Part shown: piece by piece, positions 45,836-54,494 of the stretch
Position numbering within the stretch: the first letter of the stretch is position 1
How the letters are laid out: each line of letters starts with the position of its first letter
IMG/VR virus record: IMGVR_UViG_3300048589_001642
Location: 1 to 54,647 of that record
Origin: a virus
Lineage: Duplodnaviria; Caudoviricetes
DNA: 54,647 nt
Strand: one strand, 5' to 3'
Translations under genes and position numbers: made by a program
The notes under the pieces: generated by a model
What the model saw: only the letters and a program-made list of their open reading frames with translations
What the model was told of the DNA's origin: nothing
The model's database searches: none

Positions 45836-46446
45836 CAGCCGGTCACCGCAGGGGTCCGGCAGACCGGGCCGGGTCGGCGAACGACGGCGGTCCTCGTCTT
45901 CACGACCTCCCCGTCCCGCTTCCAGACGACCGAGATCCTCACGATCGCGAAGCCGCGATCGCCGACCCTCTTGCAGGCGATGGCGCGCAGGACGCGCTCG
46001 GAGCGGGTCGAGATCAGGCGCTTCGTGGTCTTGGTCTCCTTCTTGGTCCCGCCCTCCTTGACGACGACCGGGGGCGCCGCGACGACCGGCGGGTTCTGCT
46101 CGGCGACCGGGGGGACCGGGGCGGTGACGACGACCGGGGCGCAGGCCGCGGCGGGCGAGGTCCAGACCGAGCCGCGGTGGCGGGCGGTCGCGACGAGCGG
46201 GCCCGTCGTCGGGGCCGTGAGGGTGAGCGAGCCGGTCGGGCCGTTGAAGGCGTAGGGGCCGGTCCGGATGACCGAGCCGCCGACCGAGACCGTGAGGTCG
46301 TCCAGGGCGACGGGGCCGGTCCAGAAGCGCTCGAGCCCGACCGTCACGGTCCGATCCGTGCAGACCGCGGCGACGTTCGCCGAGGCGATCTGCGGGAGGA
46401 CGACGAGGCCGGCGAGGGCCGGGAGAGCGAGAGTGCGAGCGTTCAT
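45835..46446 (-). CDS. Secreted protein (beta domain, Pro linker, basic C-domain)
   Basis: MNARTLALPALAGLVVLPQIASA signal; own promoter and RBS. Confidence 0.7.
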   Translation of the reverse strand: MNARTLALPALAGLVVLPQIASANVAAVCTDRTVTVGLERFWTGPVALDDLTVSVGGSVIRTGPYAFNGPTGSLTLTAPTTGPLVATARHRGSVWTSPAAACAPVVVTAPVPPVAEQNPPVVAAPPVVVKEGGTKKETKTTKRLISTRSERVLRAIACKRVGDRGFAIVRISVVWKRDGEVVKTRTAVVRRPGPVCRTPAVTG

Positions 46447-46482
46447 CGAGGGGTTCCTCTTCCTCTGTGGACTGTCCGCGAC

Positions 46483-46512
46483 AAGATACCGATTGTGACC
46501 TAATAAGGTCAA
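46483..46512 (-). promoter_or_regulatory. Promoter with palindromic operator
   Basis: TTGACC-N18-TATCTT; TGACCT-AATA-AGGTCA at 46496-46511. Confidence 0.8.
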
Positions 46513-46973
46513 GTCGTGTCAGGCAATCCCCGTCGTCCGGTCAGGCGACGGAGGGCGGCGGCTATACCTCCGGCGGCCCGGACCGCCGCGAGCTGCTCGT
46601 CGAGCGAGAGGTGCGGGAGGAGGTCGAGGCGTCGGCCGTCGAACGCGCCGTGGCATCCCCCGTCGGTCTGGACGCAGAGCGGGACGACGTCGTCCGGGTG
46701 GACGTGGAGCGTCGTCGCGCCCTGGATGAGCGGTCGGTCGTGATCGCGCCCGATCGTGTGAGCCGCCTGGATCTCGACGCCCGGACCGGGCTCGGCGCCG
46801 CAGACCCGGCAGGCGCCGGCCCGGGTCACCTTGGCGCGGGCGTCGGTCCAGTCGCGCTCGACCGCGCGGGTCTGCACCATCCTCGAGCGCGTCGGGGCCG
46901 AGCGACGGGCGATCGTTCCCGAGCGGGAGAGCCCGCCCGTCCGGGCGAGGGGGGTGCGGCGGGAGAGGGTCAC
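46509..46973 (-). CDS. HNH-like nuclease
   Basis: CRVCG...AAH...VPLC...CHGAFD. Confidence 0.7.
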   Translation of the reverse strand: MTLSRRTPLARTGGLSRSGTIARRSAPTRSRMVQTRAVERDWTDARAKVTRAGACRVCGAEPGPGVEIQAAHTIGRDHDRPLIQGATTLHVHPDDVVPLCVQTDGGCHGAFDGRRLDLLPHLSLDEQLAAVRAAGGIAAALRRLTGRRGLPDTT

Positions 46974-48085
46974 GCCGCGTCGCCGAAGAGGCTGACCTGA
47001 CCGCCGGCCTCGGGGGTGGTGGTCGACCACTCCGCCGCGCCCGGGTCGAAGCGGCGGCGGTACCGCTCGGCGGCCATCGCGGCGTATTCGGGCTCGCGCT
47101 CGATGCCGACGGCGCGGAAGCCCTCATCGCGGGCGGCGAGCAGGGTCGTACCGGAGCCGGCGAACGGGTCGAGGACCACGCCCCCCGGAGGCGTCACCAG
47201 GCGGACGCACCACCGCATCAGGGCGAGCGGCTTGACCGTCGGATGCGTCGCCCCGTCACGCTCGGCGCTGCTCGCCTTGGCGGTGTAGAAGAACCGGGAG
47301 GGGCCGCCGGTGTCGGTGCCGCGGGGCGCGTGGCACTCGCGCTGCCCCTCGAAGTCGCCGTATGCCGTGCGGAACTTGTCCGAGTCGCGCCGGGTCGGGT
47401 TGGCTCCGGAGGTGAGCTCCCCGACCTCCCCGTCCAGCCGCGCCGCCGCCTCCTCGTCCAGCACGACGTTCCCCGTCCCGTGCTGGAGGACGTTCGCCGC
47501 CACGGTGCCGGCGAGCGGCTTGCGCGCGACGACGATCGGCTCCCACGCGGGCTTAAGGGCGGTGCCCCAGCCCTCCCACTCGGCGGCCTCCGCGGTGGCG
47601 GGGGCGGTGAGGGTGCGAGGTGCCCCGCCCTCCCATGCGTCGTCGTTCATCACTCCGAGGTCGGTCGCCGACTCGCGCCCGGCGTAGCGACCCGGACCCA
47701 CGACCTCACGCTCGGCCCCGGCCGCCTTGTCGATGGCCTTGGACACGTCCAGCGACTTCGGGAAGCCCGAGCCGTAGAGCCAGGAGAGGCAGTCGCGGAT
47801 CTCGAAGCCCGCGTCCTCGATCGCGCAGGTCAGCCGGTGGTAGGTGCGCGTGCCGCCGAACGCGAGCATGTGCCCGCCGGGCTTGAGGACGCGGAGGGCT
47901 TCGACCGCCCACGTCTCACACCACGACTGGAAGTCGCGTGAGTCGCGGGCCATGCGGCGCTGGTAGTCCACCCCCGCGCGCTGACGGCCGCCCTGCCGGG
48001 AGGCCCCCGCGTTCACGGCGTCCTGGGCACCGTTGCGCCGCATCGGCATATCGGCGGGGGCAAAGGTCGAGTCCCACTTCTTCCC
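46970..48085 (-). pseudogene. N6/N4 DNA methyltransferase remnant
   Basis: LRVLKPGG, GFEIRD, YGSGFPKS, HPTVKP and VLDPFAGSGTT present; DPPY missing upstream of GKKWD. Confidence 0.75.
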
Positions 48086-48191
48086 CGCGCTCGGTCGCGA
48101 CCTCTCGGATCGTCGGGGAGTAGCCGAGCCGGTCGGCGACCGTCGCGGCTGCCTGGAGGGTCTGACGGGCGGAGGCGCCGGGTCCTCCCAT
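48086..48191 (-). pseudogene. Fragment of a LexA-like HTH gene
   Basis: RQTLQAAATVADRLGYSPTIREVA, then an abrupt out-of-frame junction to the methyltransferase. Confidence 0.6.
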
Positions 48192-48724
48192 CAGGGGACC
48201 GGCTTGTAGCCGAGGCGGGCGTGCCCGCAGTTCGGCCAGGGAGCGAGGCCGCGCGACTCGTAGGCCCGGTCGGCTGCGCGCATCTGGCGCCACGCCGGCC
48301 AGTTGTTCGCCGTGCCGAGGGTCGCGTAGGCGTCGGGGTCGTAGGTCTGCTGGAAGGTCCGGTCCATCTGGAGCCCGCCGTAGTAGCCGTTCCCGGTGTT
48401 GACGTCCCAGTTGATCGCGCCCTTTCCGTCCCCCGACTCGCAGGAGGCGACGCGGAGCCACATCGCCTCGCGGGCGGAGCGGCGGGCGAGCTCCAGGTGA
48501 CGGCGCTCGGCCGCGGGGTGTGTCGCCCTCCAGCGCGACTCGGCGCGCGCCATGAAGCGCGACCACCGGAACGGGGTCTCGGCCTTCGTGCGCTCGAGGA
48601 GGTCCGGGTAGACCTTGGCGAGGACGGCCTGCCGCGGGATGTCGTGGTGCGCGGTCGCGGTCTCGGCGGCGAAGAGGACGCCGAAGGCGACGGCCGCTGC
48701 GGTGATGACCCGGGCGCCCCTCAC
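48191..48724 (-). CDS. Secreted Rpf-like transglycosylase
   Basis: Signal peptide; WLRVASCESG...NW..NTGNGYYGGLQ...QM..A...GLAPWPNC. Confidence 0.9.
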   Translation of the reverse strand: MRGARVITAAAVAFGVLFAAETATAHHDIPRQAVLAKVYPDLLERTKAETPFRWSRFMARAESRWRATHPAAERRHLELARRSAREAMWLRVASCESGDGKGAINWDVNTGNGYYGGLQMDRTFQQTYDPDAYATLGTANNWPAWRQMRAADRAYESRGLAPWPNCGHARLGYKPVP

Positions 48725-48909
48725 GCAATCATCTCCGAGAGGGCGATCGCGAGGCCGAAGAGCGCGGCCCCGAGGATCATGCCGACGCCGACGTCGATCC
48801 CCCACTCGATCGCGGGGTGGTGGCGGAGCGGGCGCTCGGCTCGGCCGACGAACGGGTCGCCGGGGAGGGTGGGCGACGGCTCGCCGCAGACGGCGTCGTC
48901 GTAGTTCAT
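48721..48909 (-). CDS. Single-TM small protein
   Basis: GGAGG RBS; C-terminal hydrophobic helix. Confidence 0.55.
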   Translation of the reverse strand: MNYDDAVCGEPSPTLPGDPFVGRAERPLRHHPAIEWGIDVGVGMILGAALFGLAIALSEMIA

Positions 48910-49052
48910 CGAGGGACCTCCGGGGTCGTGTGGGTTGTCGGGGTGGAGTAGGGGGCCGTCGGGCCGACCGGGCGGACGTCTGCCTGGACGACGACCCACA
49001 GGCCGATCAGGACGGCGGCGAGGACGAGGACGCCTCGGGCGGTGCGGCGCAT
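48906..49052 (-). CDS. Single-TM small protein
   Basis: MRRTARGVLVLAAVLIGLWVVV. Confidence 0.55.
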   Translation of the reverse strand: MRRTARGVLVLAAVLIGLWVVVQADVRPVGPTAPYSTPTTHTTPEVPR

Positions 49053-49429
49053 CAGGCGCCACCGCGAGCACGGTCGTCGGCGGCGAGGGCGGCGTCGATC
49101 AGGACCCGGATCGAGTCCAGATATCGGACGTCCGGCCTGCTCATGGAGAGGGCGTCGACCAGGCCGTCGCCCGACCGCCTGAGCGCTGTCCGCAGCGCCT
49201 TCGCCCGCTCCTCGGCGGCGAGGCCCCGACGCATCCAGTCCTCGGCACGCTCCTCGGCGACGTCCCTCTCGGCCTTGGCGTTCTTGGTCCGACCGATGGC
49301 CGCCAGTTCTTCCGCCTCGGCAGCCTCGACGGTCGCCTCCCACCGCGACACGGCGTAGAAGGTGTGGGGCGCCATCGCCGCGACGGCCATGAACTCCGCC
49401 CGCTCCTCGCGGGTCAGCGGCTCGGCCAT
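49052..49429 (-). CDS. Coiled-coil hypothetical protein
   Basis: TGATG coupling. Confidence 0.65.
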   Translation of the reverse strand: MAEPLTREERAEFMAVAAMAPHTFYAVSRWEATVEAAEAEELAAIGRTKNAKAERDVAEERAEDWMRRGLAAEERAKALRTALRRSGDGLVDALSMSRPDVRYLDSIRVLIDAALAADDRARGGA

Positions 49430-49650
49430 CACGCGCTCCTCTCGCAGGCGTGGAGGGTGAAGCCGAGGCCGCGGCCGGCCGGGACGATCTGACCCTCGCG
49501 GTCGTTCAGGAGGATCACGGTCCCGCCCTCGGCGGGCGTCGCATTGAGGACGAGCCACTTCGACGAGTCCACCTCGCGGACGAGGAGGATCCGCTCCGGG
49601 CAGGACCGGCAGGCGGTCGGCTCGGGCGGTCGGGGGCCGCCTCGGCTCAT
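49429..49650 (-). CDS. Zn-binding hypothetical protein
   Basis: CRSC...GTV...HAC. Confidence 0.65.
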   Translation of the reverse strand: MSRGGPRPPEPTACRSCPERILLVREVDSSKWLVLNATPAEGGTVILLNDREGQIVPAGRGLGFTLHACERSA

Positions 49651-50177
49651 CGCCCGCCGCCGATCGCGAGGCGCTGCCCGAGGTCGCCGACGACGGCCTC
49701 GATCGCCTCGCGCTGCGGTCCGGCCGGCAGGGACGCGAGGCCCCGGCTCCGGGTCTGCCGCTGCCGCGCCGCCTTCCACATGTCGCGGAGCTGCGCGCGG
49801 GCGGTCCCGAGATTGTCCTCGTCCACCGCGCAGAGCGTCCGCCATCCGAAGGAGGCGACGACCTCGGCGAGGGCGGGGTCGTCGAAGGTCGGCGAGCCGA
49901 GGTAGCCCTCGCGGCGGATCTGCCGCTGCACGTCCGCCCATGCCGTGTCCCACGCCTCGGGGTCCACGACCTCGCCGGCGAGGCGGGCGAGCTGCCCGCC
50001 GTCGGGGGGGAAGCCCGCGCCCTCGCGACCGTAGACCTCGAGCCCGGCGAGGACGGCGCCGAGCTCCTGTCCGGCGACCGTCGGCCACCAGGCGCGCGCC
50101 CACTCGACCGACCGGGGTCGGTCGGGCCACCGCTCGTTCATCGTCTCGACGACGACTGCCCACTCTTTCGGCGTCAT
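49647..50177 (-). CDS. Helicase loader/inhibitor-like replication protein
   Basis: FPP motif, EAW..V...IRREG, VASFGWRTLC; follows Rep. Confidence 0.7.
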   Translation of the reverse strand: MTPKEWAVVVETMNERWPDRPRSVEWARAWWPTVAGQELGAVLAGLEVYGREGAGFPPDGGQLARLAGEVVDPEAWDTAWADVQRQIRREGYLGSPTFDDPALAEVVASFGWRTLCAVDEDNLGTARAQLRDMWKAARQRQTRSRGLASLPAGPQREAIEAVVGDLGQRLAIGGGR

Positions 50178-50998
50178 GCGACGCGCTCCTCAGACTCGGC
50201 CCACTCGCGGAGCCCGGATCGCCGGACCTCCCGGTCGAGGGCATTTCCGTTGCGTCTCGCGTCTCGCTTCGCCTGAGCGACGAGGGTCGGCCACTTCGCC
50301 CGGAGCTTTGGCATCGCGAGGATGTTCGGAGCCCAGAACTCGCTAGCGGCGACCCACGCGATCGCGCGCTCGATCTGCTCGGGCGTCCGGCCGTCGCGAT
50401 CGACCATGAGGCGGGCGGCCCGGAGCCATGCGTCAGTGATGCGTGGACGCTCGTCCGACTGGCGCTCGACGTGGTCTGCGAGCAAGCCGCAGAGCCGCTC
50501 GGCATGCAGGCGGCCCTCGGTCGCCTGCTGCTCTTCTCTTAGGTCTTTCCCTTCCTCTTCTATTAGAGGAGGGGGCGATCCGCCCCCCACGGGCGGGGTC
50601 TGCTGCCCGCCACGGGCGGGGCGTTCTGCCCTCCCCGTGGCGGCCCCCACGGGCGGGGCAATCTGCCCTCTCCGCAGCGATCCTCCGAACTCCTCCCGCC
50701 ACACGAATGCGTAGCGGTTGGAGCCGCCCTGGATCCGAGCGTGTCCGGTCCGCTCGCGGATGATGAGGCCCGCCTCGACGAGCGCGTTCGTCGCCCTCTT
50801 CACGGTCGAGGGATCCATACCGAGGCGCCCGCTCATCTCGTGGTGGGTGAACTCGACCCACTCGCCGTCGGCCTCGCCGGCGGCGGCGCTGTAGACGGCC
50901 TTCGCCGTCCAGGTGATCTCGAGCGCGCAAAGCCAGTCGGGGAAGAAAAGCCCGGTGAACATCCGCTTGGGGCAGAAGAGGATCGGCTCGTCGCTCAT
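50174..50998 (-). CDS. Replication initiator (HTH plus lambda-O-like C-terminus)
   Basis: LGMDPSTVKRATNALVEAGLI; FWAPNILAMPKLRAKW. Confidence 0.85.
   Translation of the reverse strand: MSDEPILFCPKRMFTGLFFPDWLCALEITWTAKAVYSAAAGEADGEWVEFTHHEMSGRLGMDPSTVKRATNALVEAGLIIRERTGHARIQGGSNRYAFVWREEFGGSLRRGQIAPPVGAATGRAERPARGGQQTPPVGGGSPPPLIEEEGKDLREEQQATEGRLHAERLCGLLADHVERQSDERPRITDAWLRAARLMVDRDGRTPEQIERAIAWVAASEFWAPNILAMPKLRAKWPTLVAQAKRDARRNGNALDREVRRSGLREWAESEERVA
50531..50670. other. Candidate replication origin inside Rep
   Basis: CCACGGGCGGGG at 50587, 50610 and 50647, next to a low-GC pyrimidine stretch at 50531-50570. Confidence 0.6.
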
Positions 50999-51546
50999 CG
51001 CCGCACCCACGGGCGCCCGTCGGCGATGACCGCCACGAAGACGCGGTGCATCTGATCCGGGTCGTCGCCCTCGACCTCATCGACTGCCGCAAGAGCTCGG
51101 TCGATGACCGCGTCGTAGCGCCGATAAGCCCGCGCTTCGTTCGTCCGACTCCTGCTGACGCGGTACGCGGGATCCAGGTCACAGGCGTGACTACGGGCGG
51201 CGACGTCGGCGAGCACGGCATCTTCGTGGCGGAGCCGAAGGTCGCTCTTCCTAGAGTTGCAGCGCCGACAGGACGCGACGAGGTTCCCAACCTCCCAAGG
51301 CCCACCAAGAGACTCGGGCACGATGTGGTCAAGGAGGAGCCGTGCGGTCTCCACGCGGAGGAAGGGCGCCTCCTCCGGCTCGAGCTCAGACCAGGGCGTC
51401 GCGCAGTACCAGCAAGTCCAGCGGTCGCGGTAGAAGACGCTCGACTGCGAGACGCGGCGGATCGGCAGCGTGTCCAGGTCGTAGGCGAACGCCTCGCCAT
51501 TGCGGTAGAGAATCCCGTCGCGGACGTCTTCGGGGCGCATGAACAT
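50995..51546 (-). CDS. HNH endonuclease
   Basis: RDRWTCWYC...LDHIVPESLGG...NLVASCRRCNSRK. Confidence 0.9.
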   Translation of the reverse strand: MFMRPEDVRDGILYRNGEAFAYDLDTLPIRRVSQSSVFYRDRWTCWYCATPWSELEPEEAPFLRVETARLLLDHIVPESLGGPWEVGNLVASCRRCNSRKSDLRLRHEDAVLADVAARSHACDLDPAYRVSRSRTNEARAYRRYDAVIDRALAAVDEVEGDDPDQMHRVFVAVIADGRPWVRR

Positions 51547-51884
51547 CACGCGGCCGCCAGCGATCGGGGGACCGGCGGGCGTAGCTCGCGGATCTCGTAG
51601 ACCCCGTCGAGGTCCGGGTGCGCGGCCATGATCGCCCGCGCGTAGCGACTCGTGTAGTTGTTGTTCAGGCGGAAGGGGGCGCCCGAGGTGCGGAGCGCGT
51701 GGTCCCACCGGACGACCTCGAAGAGCATCTTGATCCCGACGCGCCGGAGGCCCCGCGACCGGGCCTCGCGGGTGAGGCGGACGAGCTCGGTCATGACGTG
51801 CGGGTTCTCTGCGTGGAAGGCGGCGAAGTCGCGGTCGATCGCGTCCTCGCGGCGGGAGAGGTCGAGCGAGAGCTGATCGGTCAC
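51546..51884 (-). CDS. Phage hypothetical protein
   Basis: FHAENPHV...FEVVRW...FRLNNNYTSRYAR. Confidence 0.75.
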   Translation of the reverse strand: MTDQLSLDLSRREDAIDRDFAAFHAENPHVMTELVRLTREARSRGLRRVGIKMLFEVVRWDHALRTSGAPFRLNNNYTSRYARAIMAAHPDLDGVYEIRELRPPVPRSLAAA

Positions 51885-52141
51885 GACCACCCCTCGGGGA
51901 GCGTGTTCGGCGTCGCGGCGGCCTCTTCGCTCGCCCGCCGCGCGACGACCGTCTCTTCGGATTCCATGCGGAACGCGGTCAGGCAGTCGGAGCACAGGTA
52001 GGGGCGCCGACGCCGAGCGCCCGGCCGCATCCGCCCGTATGCCTCGCGGACCATCGCCGGGAGGGGAGTCGAGGCGAGCCACACGACGGCGTCGCGACGG
52101 CAGCCGTCGCACCAGCCGATCTCGGCGAGGGGGCGCCTCAT
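51881..52141 (-). CDS. Zinc-finger hypothetical protein
   Basis: CDGC...LCSDC. Confidence 0.6.
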   Translation of the reverse strand: MRRPLAEIGWCDGCRRDAVVWLASTPLPAMVREAYGRMRPGARRRRPYLCSDCLTAFRMESEETVVARRASEEAAATPNTLPEGWS

Positions 52142-52659
52142 GCCGCGACCTCGGTCACGAACATCGCCGAGACCCAGACGACCGTCCGGGCGCCTCGCCC
52201 GTCATCCCAGACCTTGTCGACCTGGAGCGAGCAGACCTGGTGGTCGTCCGTCCATGCGAGGCCCTTGAGCCCGTCGAGGATCGGCTTCGCGAGGTTGTCG
52301 AGGTCGGCCAGCGTCGAAGTCGGCAGGTGCGAGCGCAGGCCGGCGGCCGAGAGCCCCCCGCCCTTGAGGAGGTGACCGGCCGGGCGCGGGTAGACCGCGA
52401 GGATCCTCACGGCGACCGGGCCCGTGATGCGCTTCGGCCGCCCGGCGCGACCGCCCGAGAACGTCCACGCCTGCGAGACGTCGGCCTGTACCGCCTTGGT
52501 CTTCGCCTGCGAGTAGCGGCGCCCGTCCGGGGTCGTGCCCGCGCGCTCGCCCGGACGAGGGCGGCCCTTGATCTCCAGGCGCACGGGGGCGACCGGGGCG
52601 CTCGCCCATGAGGTCCACTCGGCGGCCCACCCGCGCTCGGCGGCGGCGAGGTCAGTCAT
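52138..52659 (-). CDS. rusA: RusA-family Holliday junction resolvase
   Basis: DLDNLAKPILDGL...WTDDHQV. Confidence 0.9.
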   Translation of the reverse strand: MTDLAAAERGWAAEWTSWASAPVAPVRLEIKGRPRPGERAGTTPDGRRYSQAKTKAVQADVSQAWTFSGGRAGRPKRITGPVAVRILAVYPRPAGHLLKGGGLSAAGLRSHLPTSTLADLDNLAKPILDGLKGLAWTDDHQVCSLQVDKVWDDGRGARTVVWVSAMFVTEVAA

Positions 52660-53153
52660 CGGCGCACCCGCTCGAGCACCTCGGCGACGGCCGAGTCCTG
52701 ACGGATCCACCTACGGTTCGGCGGCGGCGGGTCCTCGGAGACGAGAGCGCGGGCGCGCTCGACGGCCGAGGCGGGGTGCGCCTCGGGCTCGCGGAGGATC
52801 GCGCGGGCTTGGGTCTGGCGGTGCCGGAGGTGCTCGTCCGGGTCGAGCTGCCGGCGGGCGACCTGCCACATCCGGGCGTGATCGGGGCCGCAGGTCCGAC
52901 GACGGGCGGGGCGCGAGCATCCGGGGATGGCGCACACCGACGTCGGCTCGTCCGCGGGCGGGTCCGTCTCGGCGGCTCTCGCGCGCTCGGCGGCGATCTC
53001 CGCGCGCCGTCGCTCCTCCCGGGCCCGGCGGTTCGCCGAGCGGTCGGAGGGCTTCGCCCGCCGCGATAGCCTCGACTGGACCGCCTGCTTCGTGACGCCG
53101 TACCGCGCGCCGATCTCGACGTAGGTCTCGCCGTCGCGCCAGAGCGCGAGCAT
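52656..53153 (-). CDS. Sigma70-r4-like HTH protein
   Basis: GETYVEIGARYGVTKQAVQSRL; C..PGC...C..H. Confidence 0.7.
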   Translation of the reverse strand: MLALWRDGETYVEIGARYGVTKQAVQSRLSRRAKPSDRSANRRAREERRRAEIAAERARAAETDPPADEPTSVCAIPGCSRPARRRTCGPDHARMWQVARRQLDPDEHLRHRQTQARAILREPEAHPASAVERARALVSEDPPPPNRRWIRQDSAVAEVLERVRR

Positions 53154-53370
53154 CGCGGCCGTCTTGTCCCCGTCCTCGTGTCCCCCCCGTGCATCACGGA
53201 GGCGGGTCGGGGCGGGGTCGGGCGAGGCGTGATCGCCGTTGCGATGCGGCTCGGGCCTGACCCCTAGGGGGTCTCGACCATGAGCATCGGATGTCCTGCT
53301 TCCTGATCGCAGCGGGGTTCCTCGCCCTCTCGCGGTCCCGGTGCATCACCGGAACATCACCAACGCGAGG
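53154..53370. other. Candidate attP region
   Basis: Non-coding gap next to the integrase, with GTGCATCAC repeats flanking a central GACCCC-TAG-GGGGTC palindrome. Confidence 0.4.
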
Positions 53371-53371
53371 G

Positions 53372-53401
53372 ACGATACCCGCCTCGACCTGATTAGGTCA
53401 A
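53372..53401 (-). promoter_or_regulatory. Early promoter with operator
   Basis: TTGACC-N18-TATCGT; CGACCT-GATT-AGGTCA at 53385-53400. Confidence 0.75.
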
Positions 53402-53402
53402 G

Positions 53403-54488
53403 TCATGGCAGGAGGTCGGCGAGGTCGAGGACCGGATCGACGTCGTCGTCGATGAGGACGTGCGAGTAGACGTTGAGCGTCATCGCCGGGGACGAGTGCC
53501 CGAGGCGCTCGCGCACGACCGTGATCGGGACGCCCTGCATCACCAGGCGCGAGGCGTAGCGATGGCGGAGCATGTGGGGCGTGAGCGTCGGGCGCCCCCG
53601 CAGCGTCGTCCTCTTGTAGAGGATGTTCTGTAGCGACTTCCCCGAGAATCCGAGGACCGGCCGGTCGGGGCCGACGTCGTCGGGGATCAGCGCGAGGGTC
53701 GCGGGGCGGAGCGGTATCCAGCGCTCGCCGTGCCGGCCCGCCCGTGTCGTCTTCTTCGTGCGCTCGCGCCGGACGAGGATCCGCCCGCGGGAGCGGTCGA
53801 CGTCGCGGGCGAGCAGCGCCTCGGCCTCGCCGATCCTCATGCCCGAGCCCTCGATCACGCAGAGGATCGGGCCCCATCGCTCCGGGAGTGAGCGGACGAG
53901 CTCGACGAGGTACGCGGCCGAGGGCGGGCGGACCTCCGGGGAGTGATAGACCGGCAGGGTCAGACGGTCGCGGGCGACGGGATTCGGGTCGATGCCGGCC
54001 CGCGCCAGGGCGTCGCGCAGGAGGGCGACCGAGGCTCCGATCGAGGACGCCCCGAGCCTCCCCTCCCCCGCGACCCGATTGATCCAGCGCTGCACGACCA
54101 CGGGCGTCAGCTCGCCGACGCGCATCGCGCGGATCTCGGGCGGCAGGCGGCGCAGGCTGGAGCCGTAGTTGCCGATCGTCGCCTCGTCCACGTCCACCCG
54201 GGCGGCGATGTGATCGGCGACGAGCGCCTCGACGGTCGGCGATCGCTCAATCCGCTCGGAGGGATTGAGGTCCGGCACCCGGCCGGCGGCGAGCTCCTCG
54301 AGGATGTACCCGCGGCGGGCCTCGGCGAGCTTGCGCGTTCGCTCGCTGCCGCCGTGCCGCAGGCGCGAGTCGCGGCCCCCGAGGCGCCATCGGACGATGT
54401 ACCGCCGCTCGCCCTTCTCACCCGGCCGGGCGGCGCGCCAGCGGCCGTCGGCGCCGCGGACCCGGACGAGGATGTGCGCCGATCCCAT
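53403..54488 (-). CDS. int: Tyrosine integrase
   Basis: GMRIGE, TKK, HMLRH, LGHSS, NVYSH catalytic set. Confidence 0.95.
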   Translation of the reverse strand: MGSAHILVRVRGADGRWRAARPGEKGERRYIVRWRLGGRDSRLRHGGSERTRKLAEARRGYILEELAAGRVPDLNPSERIERSPTVEALVADHIAARVDVDEATIGNYGSSLRRLPPEIRAMRVGELTPVVVQRWINRVAGEGRLGASSIGASVALLRDALARAGIDPNPVARDRLTLPVYHSPEVRPPSAAYLVELVRSLPERWGPILCVIEGSGMRIGEAEALLARDVDRSRGRILVRRERTKKTTRAGRHGERWIPLRPATLALIPDDVGPDRPVLGFSGKSLQNILYKRTTLRGRPTLTPHMLRHRYASRLVMQGVPITVVRERLGHSSPAMTLNVYSHVLIDDDVDPVLDLADLLP

Positions 54489-54494
54489 CGGGCG

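Noticed and set aside
50531-50670. Repeats inside Rep as a novelty
   Set aside because: Fits an ordinary lambda-type iteron origin
4882-52611. Long antisense and alternate-frame ORFs (e.g. 4882..6474, 15286..17151, 18497..20917, 29969..31711)
   Set aside because: Arg/Pro/Gly-rich shadows of real genes, expected at this GC content
53154-53400. tRNA or tRNA-derived att core
   Set aside because: No T-loop consensus or cloverleaf visible
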